DNA of 11,929 nucleotides from a bacterium (GTDB lineage: Bacteria > UBP6 > UBA1177), in contig DAOQAY010000090.1 in NCBI GenBank assembly GCA_035354435.1, positions 1-11,929 of the forward strand. The letters are read 5' to 3'. Below are positions 1-6,739 of this stretch, piece after piece. The notes below the pieces were generated by a model, which saw nothing but the letters and a program-made list of their open reading frames with translations, was not told where the DNA came from and did not search any database. Position 1 is the stretch's first letter; every line of letters starts with the position of its first letter. Made by a program: the position numbers and the translations under genes.

Positions 1-2
1 TC

Positions 3-314
3 GATCTTTCGATGCAGGCTTATACTCCGGCGTTGTCTGCGGCTCTCGGAGTTTTTATTCCGCTTATCACAACAAACTGTGCAGTTCTCGGTGTTGCAAT
101 CATCGTTATTTAGAAACATTACAACCTTGTAACAAGCGTTGTTTTCACAATTGCGACCGCACTCGGATTTTTTTTTGCACTAGTCGTTTTTGCAGGAATC
201 AGAGAACAGCTTGAACTGTTCGACCCGCCAAAAGCAATGAAAGGCGCACCCATCTCTCTCATCACAGCAGGACTTCTTTCACTCGCATTCATGGGATTCG
301 CAGGTCTGGTTTAG
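3..314 (+). pseudogene. rnfA: C-terminal fragment of an RnfA/NqrE-family ion-translocating oxidoreductase membrane subunit. The gene runs off the 5' edge of the window and carries an in-frame TAG at 111-113.
   Basis: Frame 3 translates to ...[88 protein letters not shown]. From memory, the [13 protein letters not shown] and ITAGL(M/L)SLAFMGF(S/A)GLV blocks match E. coli RsxA/RnfA, and there is an NqrE-like AGIRE block. The stop is TAG at 312-314. The internal TAG at 111-113 aligns with a Gln/Leu position in homologues. Confidence 0.6.
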
Positions 315-332
315 TCCGGCACACCGTCTTCT

Positions 333-360
333 TGACTTAAATTCACCTATAAAGTAAATT
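333..360 (+). promoter_or_regulatory. Candidate sigma70-like promoter for the nfeD-floT operon.
   Basis: TTGACT at 333-338 and TAAATT at 355-360 with a 16-nt spacer. An AGAGG RBS lies 7 nt before the ATG at 392. The -10 is weak. Confidence 0.3.
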
Positions 361-391
361 CTTATGTCGTTTTCAAAAAAGAGGTAATTCA

Positions 392-991
392 ATGACGGAA
401 AATTCAATTTTTCAAAGTGTTCTGCAGTGGTGGGATGCACTTCCGGGGATTTTGAAGGTGTTCTGGATGCTGGCGGTTCCTTCAACACTGCTTTTTCTTA
501 TTCAGATGATTCTTGTGATGTTCGGGTTTGATTCAGATCACGATCTGGATGCTCCGACCGGTGACGGAGGACTTGGCGTTCACGCTGATTCGGGGATGAA
601 TCTCTTTTCAGTCCGCAATCTTATAATTTTCATGACTGTTTTTTCATGGAGCGGCATTACAGGTATTTCTTCCAAGTTTGATACTGGAGCAACACTGGTT
701 GTGAGCTTTATGCTGGCACTCGGGATAATGGTTCTTGTTGCGTGGATGTTCAAAAAAATGTCATCGATGGGTGAAAACGGAAATTTCGATATCACGAAGG
801 CAAAAGGTTCGATTGCTACGGTCTATATTCCTATTATCGGCAGTTCAAAAGGGAAGGTAAGCGCAAAAGTTGACGGCAGACTGGTTGAACTTGAGGCGGT
901 ATCTTTGACAAAAAAGGATATTCCGACAGGCACCGTAGTCGAAATAGTTGAAGTTGCTGATAAACAGTTTGTTGTTGTAAAAATAAAGTAA
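392..991 (+). CDS. nfeD: NfeD-like membrane protein (YuaF/YqiJ-like). It has N-terminal TM helices and a C-terminal OB-fold beta-barrel, and is a flotillin-associated partner.
   Basis: 199-aa ORF with a hydrophobic N-terminal half. The C-terminus GSIATVYIPIIGSSKGKVSAKVDGRLVELEAVSLTKKDIPTGTVVEIVEVADKQFVVVKIK is typical of the NfeD C-terminal domain. The gene sits 16 nt upstream of the flotillin gene, in the classic nfeD-floT arrangement. RBS AGAGG. Confidence 0.7.
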   Translation: MTENSIFQSVLQWWDALPGILKVFWMLAVPSTLLFLIQMILVMFGFDSDHDLDAPTGDGGLGVHADSGMNLFSVRNLIIFMTVFSWSGITGISSKFDTGATLVVSFMLALGIMVLVAWMFKKMSSMGENGNFDITKAKGSIATVYIPIIGSSKGKVSAKVDGRLVELEAVSLTKKDIPTGTVVEIVEVADKQFVVVKIK

Positions 992-1007
992 ATTAAGGGG
1001 GTTGCAA

Positions 1008-2525
1008 ATGGCTGAAGTGAGTGGATTTTCATTATTTGCAGTGATACTTGTCGCTGTTTTGGTCCTTGCTCTTTTTGGAACATTCCTCGGTCTTATGAGG
1101 AGATATAAAAGATGTCCTGCTGATAAAGTTCTTGTAGTCTATGGAAAAATAGGTGCAGGTCACAGTTCCCGCTGTATTCACGGCGGTGCGGCGTTTATCT
1201 GGCCGTTATTTCAGGATTATCAGTTCCTTGACCTTATTCCGATGTCGATCGAAGTAAATCTGAGGAATGCACTTTCAAAACAGAATATCAGAGTTGATGT
1301 TCCGTCAAGATTCACTATCGGTATTTCAACCGAAATGGAAGTTATGCAGAACGCTGCGGAAAGACTTCTCGGGCTTTCACAAAAACAGATCACCGATATT
1401 GCAAGTGATATCCTTTTCGGTCAGCTCAGGCTTGTTATCGCAACGATGAATATTGAGGAAATAAACTCAGACCGTGACAAATTTCTTTTAAATGTCAGCA
1501 AAAATGTTGAGGCCGAGCTTTCCAAGATCGGTCTGAAGCTGATAAATGTCAATGTTACAGATATCAAGGATGAGTCGGGCTATATCGAAGCACTTGGAAA
1601 AGAAGCTGCCGCTCAGGCTATAAACGACGCTAAAAAGTCGGTTGCTGAAAAAGACCGTGACGGTGCCATCGGTGAGGCAAATGCCAAACAGGATGAAAGA
1701 GTTCAGGTCGCCAATGCTCTTGCTCTGGCAAAGATCGGTGAAGCGGAAGCTCACAGAAGCGAACGAATCAAGATTTCAGAAGCGGAATCTCTTGCACAGT
1801 CCGGTGAAGCAGACTGGCAGAGAGCGCAGCGTATTTCGATAGCCAGTGCAAATTCAAAAGCAGTTCAGGGCGAAAACACTGCAAAAATAGAAATCGCCAA
1901 TTCCGATGCGACAAGAAGAGAGAAAGAGGCGGAAGCACTTCGTAAGGCAACTGCGGCAGAAAAAGTTGCAACTGCAAAAGCTCTTGAAGAATCATATCAG
2001 GCTGAAAAAGACGCTGAAACCGCCCGTGCTAAAAGAGAGCAGGCAACCCGTGAAGCAGATGTCATCATTCCTGCTGAGATCGGCAAACGAAGAATAGAGA
2101 TTGACGCTGAAGCTGAAGCTGAAAAGACCCGCCGTCTGGCAAGAGGTCAGGCAGATGCGATATTTGCAAAAATGGAAGCTGAAGGCCGCGGAATTTATGA
2201 GATACTTTCAAAACAGGCTGATGGTTTCAAACAGATTGTCGGTGCAGCAGGCGGTGATTCAAAGAGCGCATTCCTTCTTATGATGGCTGATAAGATGCCG
2301 GAACTTGTGAAAATGCAGGTCGAAGCGATAAAGAATATCAAGATCGACAAGGTTACAGTGTGGGATAGCGGCAACGGTGCAGGCGGTGACAAAACATCGA
2401 CTGCGAACTTCATGTCAGGACTTGCAAAGACCATCCCGCCATTGAACGACCTCTTCAACCTTGCCGGAATGAAACTCCCTGAATACCTCGGTCAGGAAAA
2501 AGAAAAAGCGAAAGATCCTGAATAA
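1008..2525 (+). CDS. floT: Flotillin-like SPFH/band-7 protein (FloT/YuaG-like) with a long Ala/Glu/Lys-rich coiled-coil region.
   Basis: 505 aa from the ATG at 1008, with RBS AAGGGGG at 994-1000. The ORF track starts at a TTG 6 nt upstream. There is an N-terminal TM helix. Blocks RYKRCPADKVLVVYG, GGAAFIWPLFQ, NVTDIKDESGYIEALGK, an EA-repeat coiled coil and VTVWDSGNGAGG parallel B. subtilis FloT blocks recalled from memory. It directly follows nfeD. Confidence 0.8.
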   Translation: MAEVSGFSLFAVILVAVLVLALFGTFLGLMRRYKRCPADKVLVVYGKIGAGHSSRCIHGGAAFIWPLFQDYQFLDLIPMSIEVNLRNALSKQNIRVDVPSRFTIGISTEMEVMQNAAERLLGLSQKQITDIASDILFGQLRLVIATMNIEEINSDRDKFLLNVSKNVEAELSKIGLKLINVNVTDIKDESGYIEALGKEAAAQAINDAKKSVAEKDRDGAIGEANAKQDERVQVANALALAKIGEAEAHRSERIKISEAESLAQSGEADWQRAQRISIASANSKAVQGENTAKIEIANSDATRREKEAEALRKATAAEKVATAKALEESYQAEKDAETARAKREQATREADVIIPAEIGKRRIEIDAEAEAEKTRRLARGQADAIFAKMEAEGRGIYEILSKQADGFKQIVGAAGGDSKSAFLLMMADKMPELVKMQVEAIKNIKIDKVTVWDSGNGAGGDKTSTANFMSGLAKTIPPLNDLFNLAGMKLPEYLGQEKEKAKDPE

Positions 2526-2528
2526 ATA

Positions 2529-3479
2529 ATGATTGATATTTTCTTTAAAGATATTGTAAAAGCTCACGAGCTTATAAGACCTTTTATCACAAAAACGCCG
2601 GTGATGAACAGCAGATCTATTGATGAAATTGCAGGTTGTCAGATATTTTTCAAGTGTGAGAACTTCCAGAAAGCCGGTGCTTTCAAGTTTAGAGGAGCGA
2701 CTAATGCCGTTATGAGCCTGAGTGATGATATGGCTTCAAAAGGGGTTTGCACTCACAGTTCGGGGAATCATGCCGCCGCCCTTGCACTTGCTGCAAAACT
2801 CAGGAATATCAAGGCATTAGTTGTGATGCCTAAGAATGCTCCATTGGTGAAAAAAGAAAATGTGAGAAGTTTCGGGGCTGAAATATTTGATGTCGAGCCG
2901 ACGCTTAAGGCAAGAATTGAAGGGCTTGAAAAAGTTGTTGCACAAACCGGTGCGGTGTTCATTCATCCTTACGATAATCCAAGCGTCATCGCAGGTCAGG
3001 GAACTGCTATTAAAGAACTTATGGAAGAGATCGGGCTTATGGATGCTGTTATCACTCCGGTAGGCGGCGGCGGTCTGCTTTCAGGAACTTCAATTGCATC
3101 TCATGGAATGTTTCCGGAAATTGAGGTTTATGCAGGTGAACCAGCTGGTGCAGATGATGCATTCAGGAGTCTCAAAGAAAACAGACTTCTATCCATGGAA
3201 AACCCGCAGACAATTGCCGACGGACTCAGAACTTCATTGTCTGAAAGGACTTTTTCCATAATAAAATCGAATGTCAAGGCAATTCTGCCTGTTGAAGATG
3301 AACTGACACTGACCGCCATGAAAATGGTGTATGACGAGCTTGACATAATAATCGAGCCGAGTTCCGCTGTCCCTCTTGCCGCAATACTTAAAAACAGAGA
3401 AATTTTCGCAAGAAAAAAAGTGGGGCTTGTTATTTCAGGTGGAAATGTTGACAGAAGTCAGTATGATTGGTTGTCTTAA
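2529..3479 (+). CDS. Fold-type II PLP-dependent serine/threonine dehydratase family enzyme (threonine ammonia-lyase / serine racemase-like).
   Basis: 316 aa. FFKCENFQKAGAFKFRGATNAV matches the PLP-lysine motif (xExxQxxGSFKxRGA). HSSGNHAAALALAA and the phosphate-binding loop TPVGGGGLLSG are present. The start lies 3 nt after the floT stop, so it is probably co-transcribed. Confidence 0.75.
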   Translation: MIDIFFKDIVKAHELIRPFITKTPVMNSRSIDEIAGCQIFFKCENFQKAGAFKFRGATNAVMSLSDDMASKGVCTHSSGNHAAALALAAKLRNIKALVVMPKNAPLVKKENVRSFGAEIFDVEPTLKARIEGLEKVVAQTGAVFIHPYDNPSVIAGQGTAIKELMEEIGLMDAVITPVGGGGLLSGTSIASHGMFPEIEVYAGEPAGADDAFRSLKENRLLSMENPQTIADGLRTSLSERTFSIIKSNVKAILPVEDELTLTAMKMVYDELDIIIEPSSAVPLAAILKNREIFARKKVGLVISGGNVDRSQYDWLS

Positions 3480-3502
3480 GAATCATTCCGGGAGGTTACA
3501 TC

Positions 3503-4573
3503 ATGAAATATTTTATCATTTGTGCGGTGTTTATCCTTTTTACAGCATGTGAGAACAGTGTTAAGATAAAAGGTGACATTGAATCTGTGAAAGATGCGGA
3601 TATTTCAGTAGCCGATGAAGATACTGATTTTGTACAAGTACCTGATACTAATGATGAAAACATTGCCGATGATGCCGTCGATGAGATAGTTGTTCCTGAT
3701 GACGATACGATCGGTGACGGTTGTCTGACCAACGATGACTGCGGGACTGATACATACTGCCTGAAAGATGCCGGCGTGTGTGATGCAGTAACGGTCGGTG
3801 TCTGCACAGTGCGTCCTGAAAACTGTTTTTATACCCGTGCCATTGAGCCTCAATGCGGCTGTGACAATTATACATACAGCAACGAATGCTGGGCCGGATC
3901 TGCCGGAGCAGTGATCGCTCATGCCGGTGAGTGTGAAGGCGATGTTCTGTGCCGGGATTCCTCAGCATGCAGCATGAATGAATACTGTCAGAAAAAACAA
4001 GGAGTTTGCGATATGGGAATGGGTGTGTGCCGTCCAGCCCTTGAAGACTGTAACGGTCAGGAAGACCCGGTAGTCTGCGGATGCGATCTTAAACAGTATA
4101 CAGGTGAATGTCAGGCCCAACTATCCGGAATATCTGTGAAACACGATGGGGAGTGCAACCGCAATGACGATTCGCTTGTCAGGTATTTCTATGCCGATAA
4201 TGCTGAATCAATAGACGGTTATCTGAAAATTATAGTGTCTCCGGTCGAAATAAAGGAATTTTTTGCGATAGACACATTCCAGGAACAGTTCATGGATAGC
4301 GAAAATTCGGTCATTATCACAGTCCGTTTCTACGAGAAAGGCGATATGAATAAAGATTACGCAGAGTTGCAATACAAACTCTCCATGCCGCTGACACTCC
4401 CCATGGGCGTAGGCTTCGGATATGAAGGAAGTTATCTCAAATGGTTCAGCTTCGACGGCGGGGAACTCGGCGACATGGACGGCACAGTGATCACATACGA
4501 TTATATACCGCTTGACAAAGAAAACGAAGTCTCAACCCTCAGTGTGACCGGACTGAACCTGTCGATGAAGTAG
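3503..4573 (+). CDS. Secreted lipoprotein with an acidic linker and two tandem Cys-rich modules, each ending in a Kazal-type-inhibitor-like motif. The C-terminal roughly 140 aa form a Cys-free domain.
   Basis: GGAGG RBS at 3491-3495 and ATG at 3503. The ORF-track start at 3467 lacks an RBS and overlaps the upstream gene. Signal peptide MKYFIICAVFILFTAC has lipobox FTAC. A D/E-rich low-complexity linker follows. CGCDNYTYSNECWAGSAGAVIAHAGEC and CGCDLKQYTGECQAQLSGISVKHDGEC resemble the Kazal CGSDGxTYxNxC...HxGxC motif. Stop TAG at 4571-4573. Confidence 0.65.
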   Translation: MKYFIICAVFILFTACENSVKIKGDIESVKDADISVADEDTDFVQVPDTNDENIADDAVDEIVVPDDDTIGDGCLTNDDCGTDTYCLKDAGVCDAVTVGVCTVRPENCFYTRAIEPQCGCDNYTYSNECWAGSAGAVIAHAGECEGDVLCRDSSACSMNEYCQKKQGVCDMGMGVCRPALEDCNGQEDPVVCGCDLKQYTGECQAQLSGISVKHDGECNRNDDSLVRYFYADNAESIDGYLKIIVSPVEIKEFFAIDTFQEQFMDSENSVIITVRFYEKGDMNKDYAELQYKLSMPLTLPMGVGFGYEGSYLKWFSFDGGELGDMDGTVITYDYIPLDKENEVSTLSVTGLNLSMK

Positions 4574-4660
4574 AGATCCCATATTTCAAACAAATTCATT
4601 TTTTAAATTGATAATCAAACATCAAAGTTTAGAATATCCTGAATTGATTATTGAAAAATT

Positions 4661-4687
4661 GTAGGGGCGAGATTTATCACGCCCTTT
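4661..4687 (+). repeat. Left copy of a 27-bp inverted-repeat pair (GTAGGGGCGAGATTTATCRCGCCCTTT).
   Basis: Its reverse complement recurs at 6676-6702 with 26/27 identity (A/G at one position). Each copy is itself a GC hairpin. Confidence 0.7.
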
Positions 4688-4689
4688 TT
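4661..4689 (+). terminator. Rho-independent terminator of the Kazal-like lipoprotein gene.
   Basis: tAGGGGCG-agatttatca-CGCCCTt forms a 5-7 bp GC stem with a 10-nt loop, followed by TTTTT at 4685-4689. It lies 88 nt after the stop codon. Confidence 0.6.
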
Positions 4690-4772
4690 GAGTGGATGTT
4701 TAGATGTCGGACATTACTGAAGGGTTTGAAAGAATTAAATGAAAATAGGAGTAATGTTGTGGAGAGAAGGTG

Positions 4773-5741
4773 ATGGTAAGCGAAGAACAATCAAAAAGGA
4801 ATGCAAACATTAGCAGAGAATTATTATTAAAATCGGATTATTTTAAAGACATCGTTAGTTTTGCAGAATATTTGAGAAATTCGCCAGTAATGAACGAATT
4901 TTTGAAGTTCAGGCAGGATTTACAAAAATCTATAGAACCCGTTCTGTCAATGATTCAAAAGATTCAAGACACCGCCAGACCTTATTTGTTGAAAGCAATT
5001 CCTACATTGAAATATTTTGTAATTAGAGACAGTTATTTCTATATTTCAGATGATTGTTTTTTAAAAGAATTGGAAGATAGATACTCAAACACTATAGATA
5101 AAAATATTCTTTTAAACTTTATTGAAGAATTTTATTCCAGAAATAATTATGAAGAGATGTGCAGATTAATTGATGAATTGGACAGTTTCGAGCTTATTGA
5201 AAAAAGGATTCACATAATAAAAAGTGTAAAATCTGTGATTTCAAGTGGTTTAAAAGACACGGATATTGCAAATGTTGTGATACCTGTGATTATTTCGCAG
5301 TTAGATGGAGTAGTTAAAGACTTTTACATTAAGCTGGATCCAGAGATTAGTAAAAAGAAGATATTAAAACATAAAAATGTATTAAGAGAAAATCCCCTAA
5401 TAAACGACATTTCCTTTTCTAATTATATAAATATTCTTCATCCTATTTTCTATCTATTTGAGTTTGAAAATGGCATTAAAAACGAAACGAAAAAAAACGA
5501 AAACAATCACGAAGAATATTTTATTGAAAAAGCTACAGAGGAAGAATTAGAAAATTATGTTTTGAATCGAAATGGAATCATGCATGGAGAAAAAGTAGAT
5601 TACGGCAAAAAAATTGAGTTGATAAGAGTGGTTTTATTTTATGATACAGTTGTTAAATCTGTAACAAATGCAATAAATGATATAAATAAGAAAATATTGG
5701 AAAATAATGAAGAAATAAAAATCGTTGAGGGCGAGAAGTGA
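4773..5741 (+). CDS. Hypothetical protein with a C-terminal HEPN-type Rx4H motif. Candidate RNase effector (Abi/toxin-like).
   Basis: About 322 aa. RBS GGAGAG at 4761-4766, ATG at 4773, and an alternative GTG at 4770. Eyeball GC about 30%. Motif LNRNGIMHGE at nt 5568-5585 fits the HEPN R-[NHQ]-x3-H signature. No Walker A/B motif is seen. There is a 1-nt overlap with the downstream gene. Confidence 0.6.
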   Translation: MVSEEQSKRNANISRELLLKSDYFKDIVSFAEYLRNSPVMNEFLKFRQDLQKSIEPVLSMIQKIQDTARPYLLKAIPTLKYFVIRDSYFYISDDCFLKELEDRYSNTIDKNILLNFIEEFYSRNNYEEMCRLIDELDSFELIEKRIHIIKSVKSVISSGLKDTDIANVVIPVIISQLDGVVKDFYIKLDPEISKKKILKHKNVLRENPLINDISFSNYINILHPIFYLFEFENGIKNETKKNENNHEEYFIEKATEEELENYVLNRNGIMHGEKVDYGKKIELIRVVLFYDTVVKSVTNAINDINKKILENNEEIKIVEGEK

Positions 5742-6583
5742 TGATGGAATCAAAGCTTAGAAATTTGTTAAGATTTGAAGCACAGGAAATAAAAATGTCT
5801 TTTGAAAAGGCGAGTATTGAAGGTCAAGGAACGCCGCAAGAAATTGCTGACCGTAGAGAAGCCGCTTTTGTCTCTTCCTTCTTAAAAAAATATTTTCCTT
5901 TTCCGTATAGGATTGAAAAAGGAAATATTATTGATAGCTATAATAACAGAAGCAATTCAATAGATTGTATTATATTAAACCCATCCCATCCTTACACAAT
6001 AGATCCCAAAAATGAAAGAGCTTCAATAATATTTGCTGATGGTGTCGATTGTGCAATAGAAATAAAGCCAGATCTTGCTAATAACCATGAATTAATTAGA
6101 AGTCTAGATCAGATTAGAAGTGTGAAAAAGTTAAGACGCAAAAGAGACGGATTATTGTTGAAAGGCAAATATAATGATCATCAATTGCTCACAGCGAAAA
6201 CAATTCCTTCTTTTATTTTTGCAGATAGAACATATGTCGATTTAAGGTTATTAATTAGTCAAATTGTAGAATACTTTATAAAGGAAAGAGTTCCTTATGA
6301 CGAGCAGTTTGACTATATCGTTATAAACAATAGAGGTCTCATATTCAATTCAAGAAAGGACTTTTATTGTGATCTCAAACCAACTGAAGGAATTTGTTTT
6401 GCTGAAACACAAGAAGATACAATTGCTACATTTTTATTGTTGCTTAACAATCTGCCAAAATCAGAACCAGCAATTAGCGAGAGTGTTTTGAGCTTTTACC
6501 TTGATAATAGTTTGTATTCTGACAAATTGAAGACCTTTCAAGATATTAACGAAAAAATGCATGCTGTTTTAGGTAAACCTTGA
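5741..6583 (+). CDS. Hypothetical protein with a candidate PD-(D/E)xK (restriction-endonuclease-fold) nuclease motif.
   Basis: About 280 aa. The ATG at 5741 overlaps the TGA of gene A (gTGATGatg), with alternative starts at GTG 5738 and ATG 5744. Strand-turn-strand SIIFAD-GVD-CAIEIK has D at 6038-6040 and E-x-K at 6059-6067. It is preceded by GTPQEIADRRE (helix Glu) and SIDCIIL. There is no nucleotidyltransferase (MNT) motif. Eyeball GC about 30%. Confidence 0.6.
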   Translation: MMESKLRNLLRFEAQEIKMSFEKASIEGQGTPQEIADRREAAFVSSFLKKYFPFPYRIEKGNIIDSYNNRSNSIDCIILNPSHPYTIDPKNERASIIFADGVDCAIEIKPDLANNHELIRSLDQIRSVKKLRRKRDGLLLKGKYNDHQLLTAKTIPSFIFADRTYVDLRLLISQIVEYFIKERVPYDEQFDYIVINNRGLIFNSRKDFYCDLKPTEGICFAETQEDTIATFLLLLNNLPKSEPAISESVLSFYLDNSLYSDKLKTFQDINEKMHAVLGKP

Positions 6584-6595
6584 GCGTCCTTCTTT

Positions 6596-6644
6596 TGATT
6601 CACAGCACATTCCTCTATAATTTCCCCATAGCGAATCTTGGAAG
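6596..6644 (+). repeat. Copy 1 of a duplicated junction segment (TGATTCACAG-cacattcctctata-ATTTCCCCATAGCGAATCTTGGAAG). It contains a perfect TATAAT at 6616-6621.
   Basis: It aligns to 6740-6773 (TGATCACACAG-ATTTACCATAGCGAAATCAAGAAG) with a 14-bp indel that removes most of the TATAAT. Possible -35 elements are TTGATT (15-nt spacer) or TTTTGA (17-nt spacer). Confidence 0.5.
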
Positions 6645-6675
6645 AAAAAGGGAAAACAAATCCAAATTCAAAGAG

Positions 6676-6702
6676 AAAGGGCGCGATAAATCTCGCCCCT
6701 AC
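6676..6702 (-). repeat. Right copy of the 27-bp hairpin repeat, in inverted orientation.
   Basis: The minus strand reads GTAGGGGCGAGATTTATCGCGCCCTTT, followed by CTC rather than a T-run. Confidence 0.7.
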
Positions 6703-6714
6703 GGAAATTCAACC

Positions 6715-6736
6715 GCAAATTCTCTTTAGTAAATAA
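6715..6736 (+). repeat. Direct repeat DR1 (GCAAATTCTCTTTAGTAAATAA).
   Basis: An identical 22-mer sits at 7717-7738, which is the 3' end of the dinD-like CDS (...TANSL*). The DR1 reading frame also encodes ...TANSL* but shows no further similarity upstream. Confidence 0.7.
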
Positions 6737-6739
6737 TCT

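Larger units (their letters stand above)
4661..6702 (+). mobile_element. Candidate inverted-repeat-bounded, low-GC two-gene cassette. It may be a non-autonomous mobile or horizontally acquired module. No transposase or integrase is present.
   Basis: Inverted 27-bp repeats at both ends, with possible imperfect outward extension (GA-T-GGAT-TTT). Eyeball GC is about 30% inside against about 45% for flanking genes. The cassette carries only the gene A/B operon. Confidence 0.4.

Noticed and set aside
111-113. Genome-wide TAG reassignment (for example amber to Gln, as in some phages) to explain the in-frame TAG in rnfA.
   Set aside because: TAG terminates groEL right after its canonical GGM-repeat tail. 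It also terminates the dinD-like gene at the DinD-like C-terminus, and the Kazal lipoprotein. No other CDS in the window needs TAG readthrough.
1267-2458. Multiple short ORFs on both strands within the flotillin gene.
   Set aside because: They are alternative frames of the Ala/Glu/Lys-rich coiled-coil coding region. The floT frame is continuous and homologous throughout.
3467-3502. ORF-track start at 3467 (MVVLRIIPGGYIMKYF...) for the lipoprotein.
   Set aside because: There is no RBS before 3467, and that start would overlap the upstream CDS. The GGAGG at 3491-3495 and the signal peptide beginning at the ATG at 3503 support 3503 instead.
3496-3968. Minus-strand ORFs of 103-106 aa overlapping the Kazal-like lipoprotein gene.
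   Set aside because: They are antisense to a well-supported CDS that has an RBS, signal peptide and lipobox. The products are His/Arg/Ser-rich nonsense.
4773-6583. HEPN/MNT type II toxin-antitoxin interpretation of the gene pair.
   Set aside because: Gene B has no minimal nucleotidyltransferase motif (hG[GS]x9-13Dh[DE]) and is too large at about 280 aa. A D...ExK REase-fold pattern fits better.
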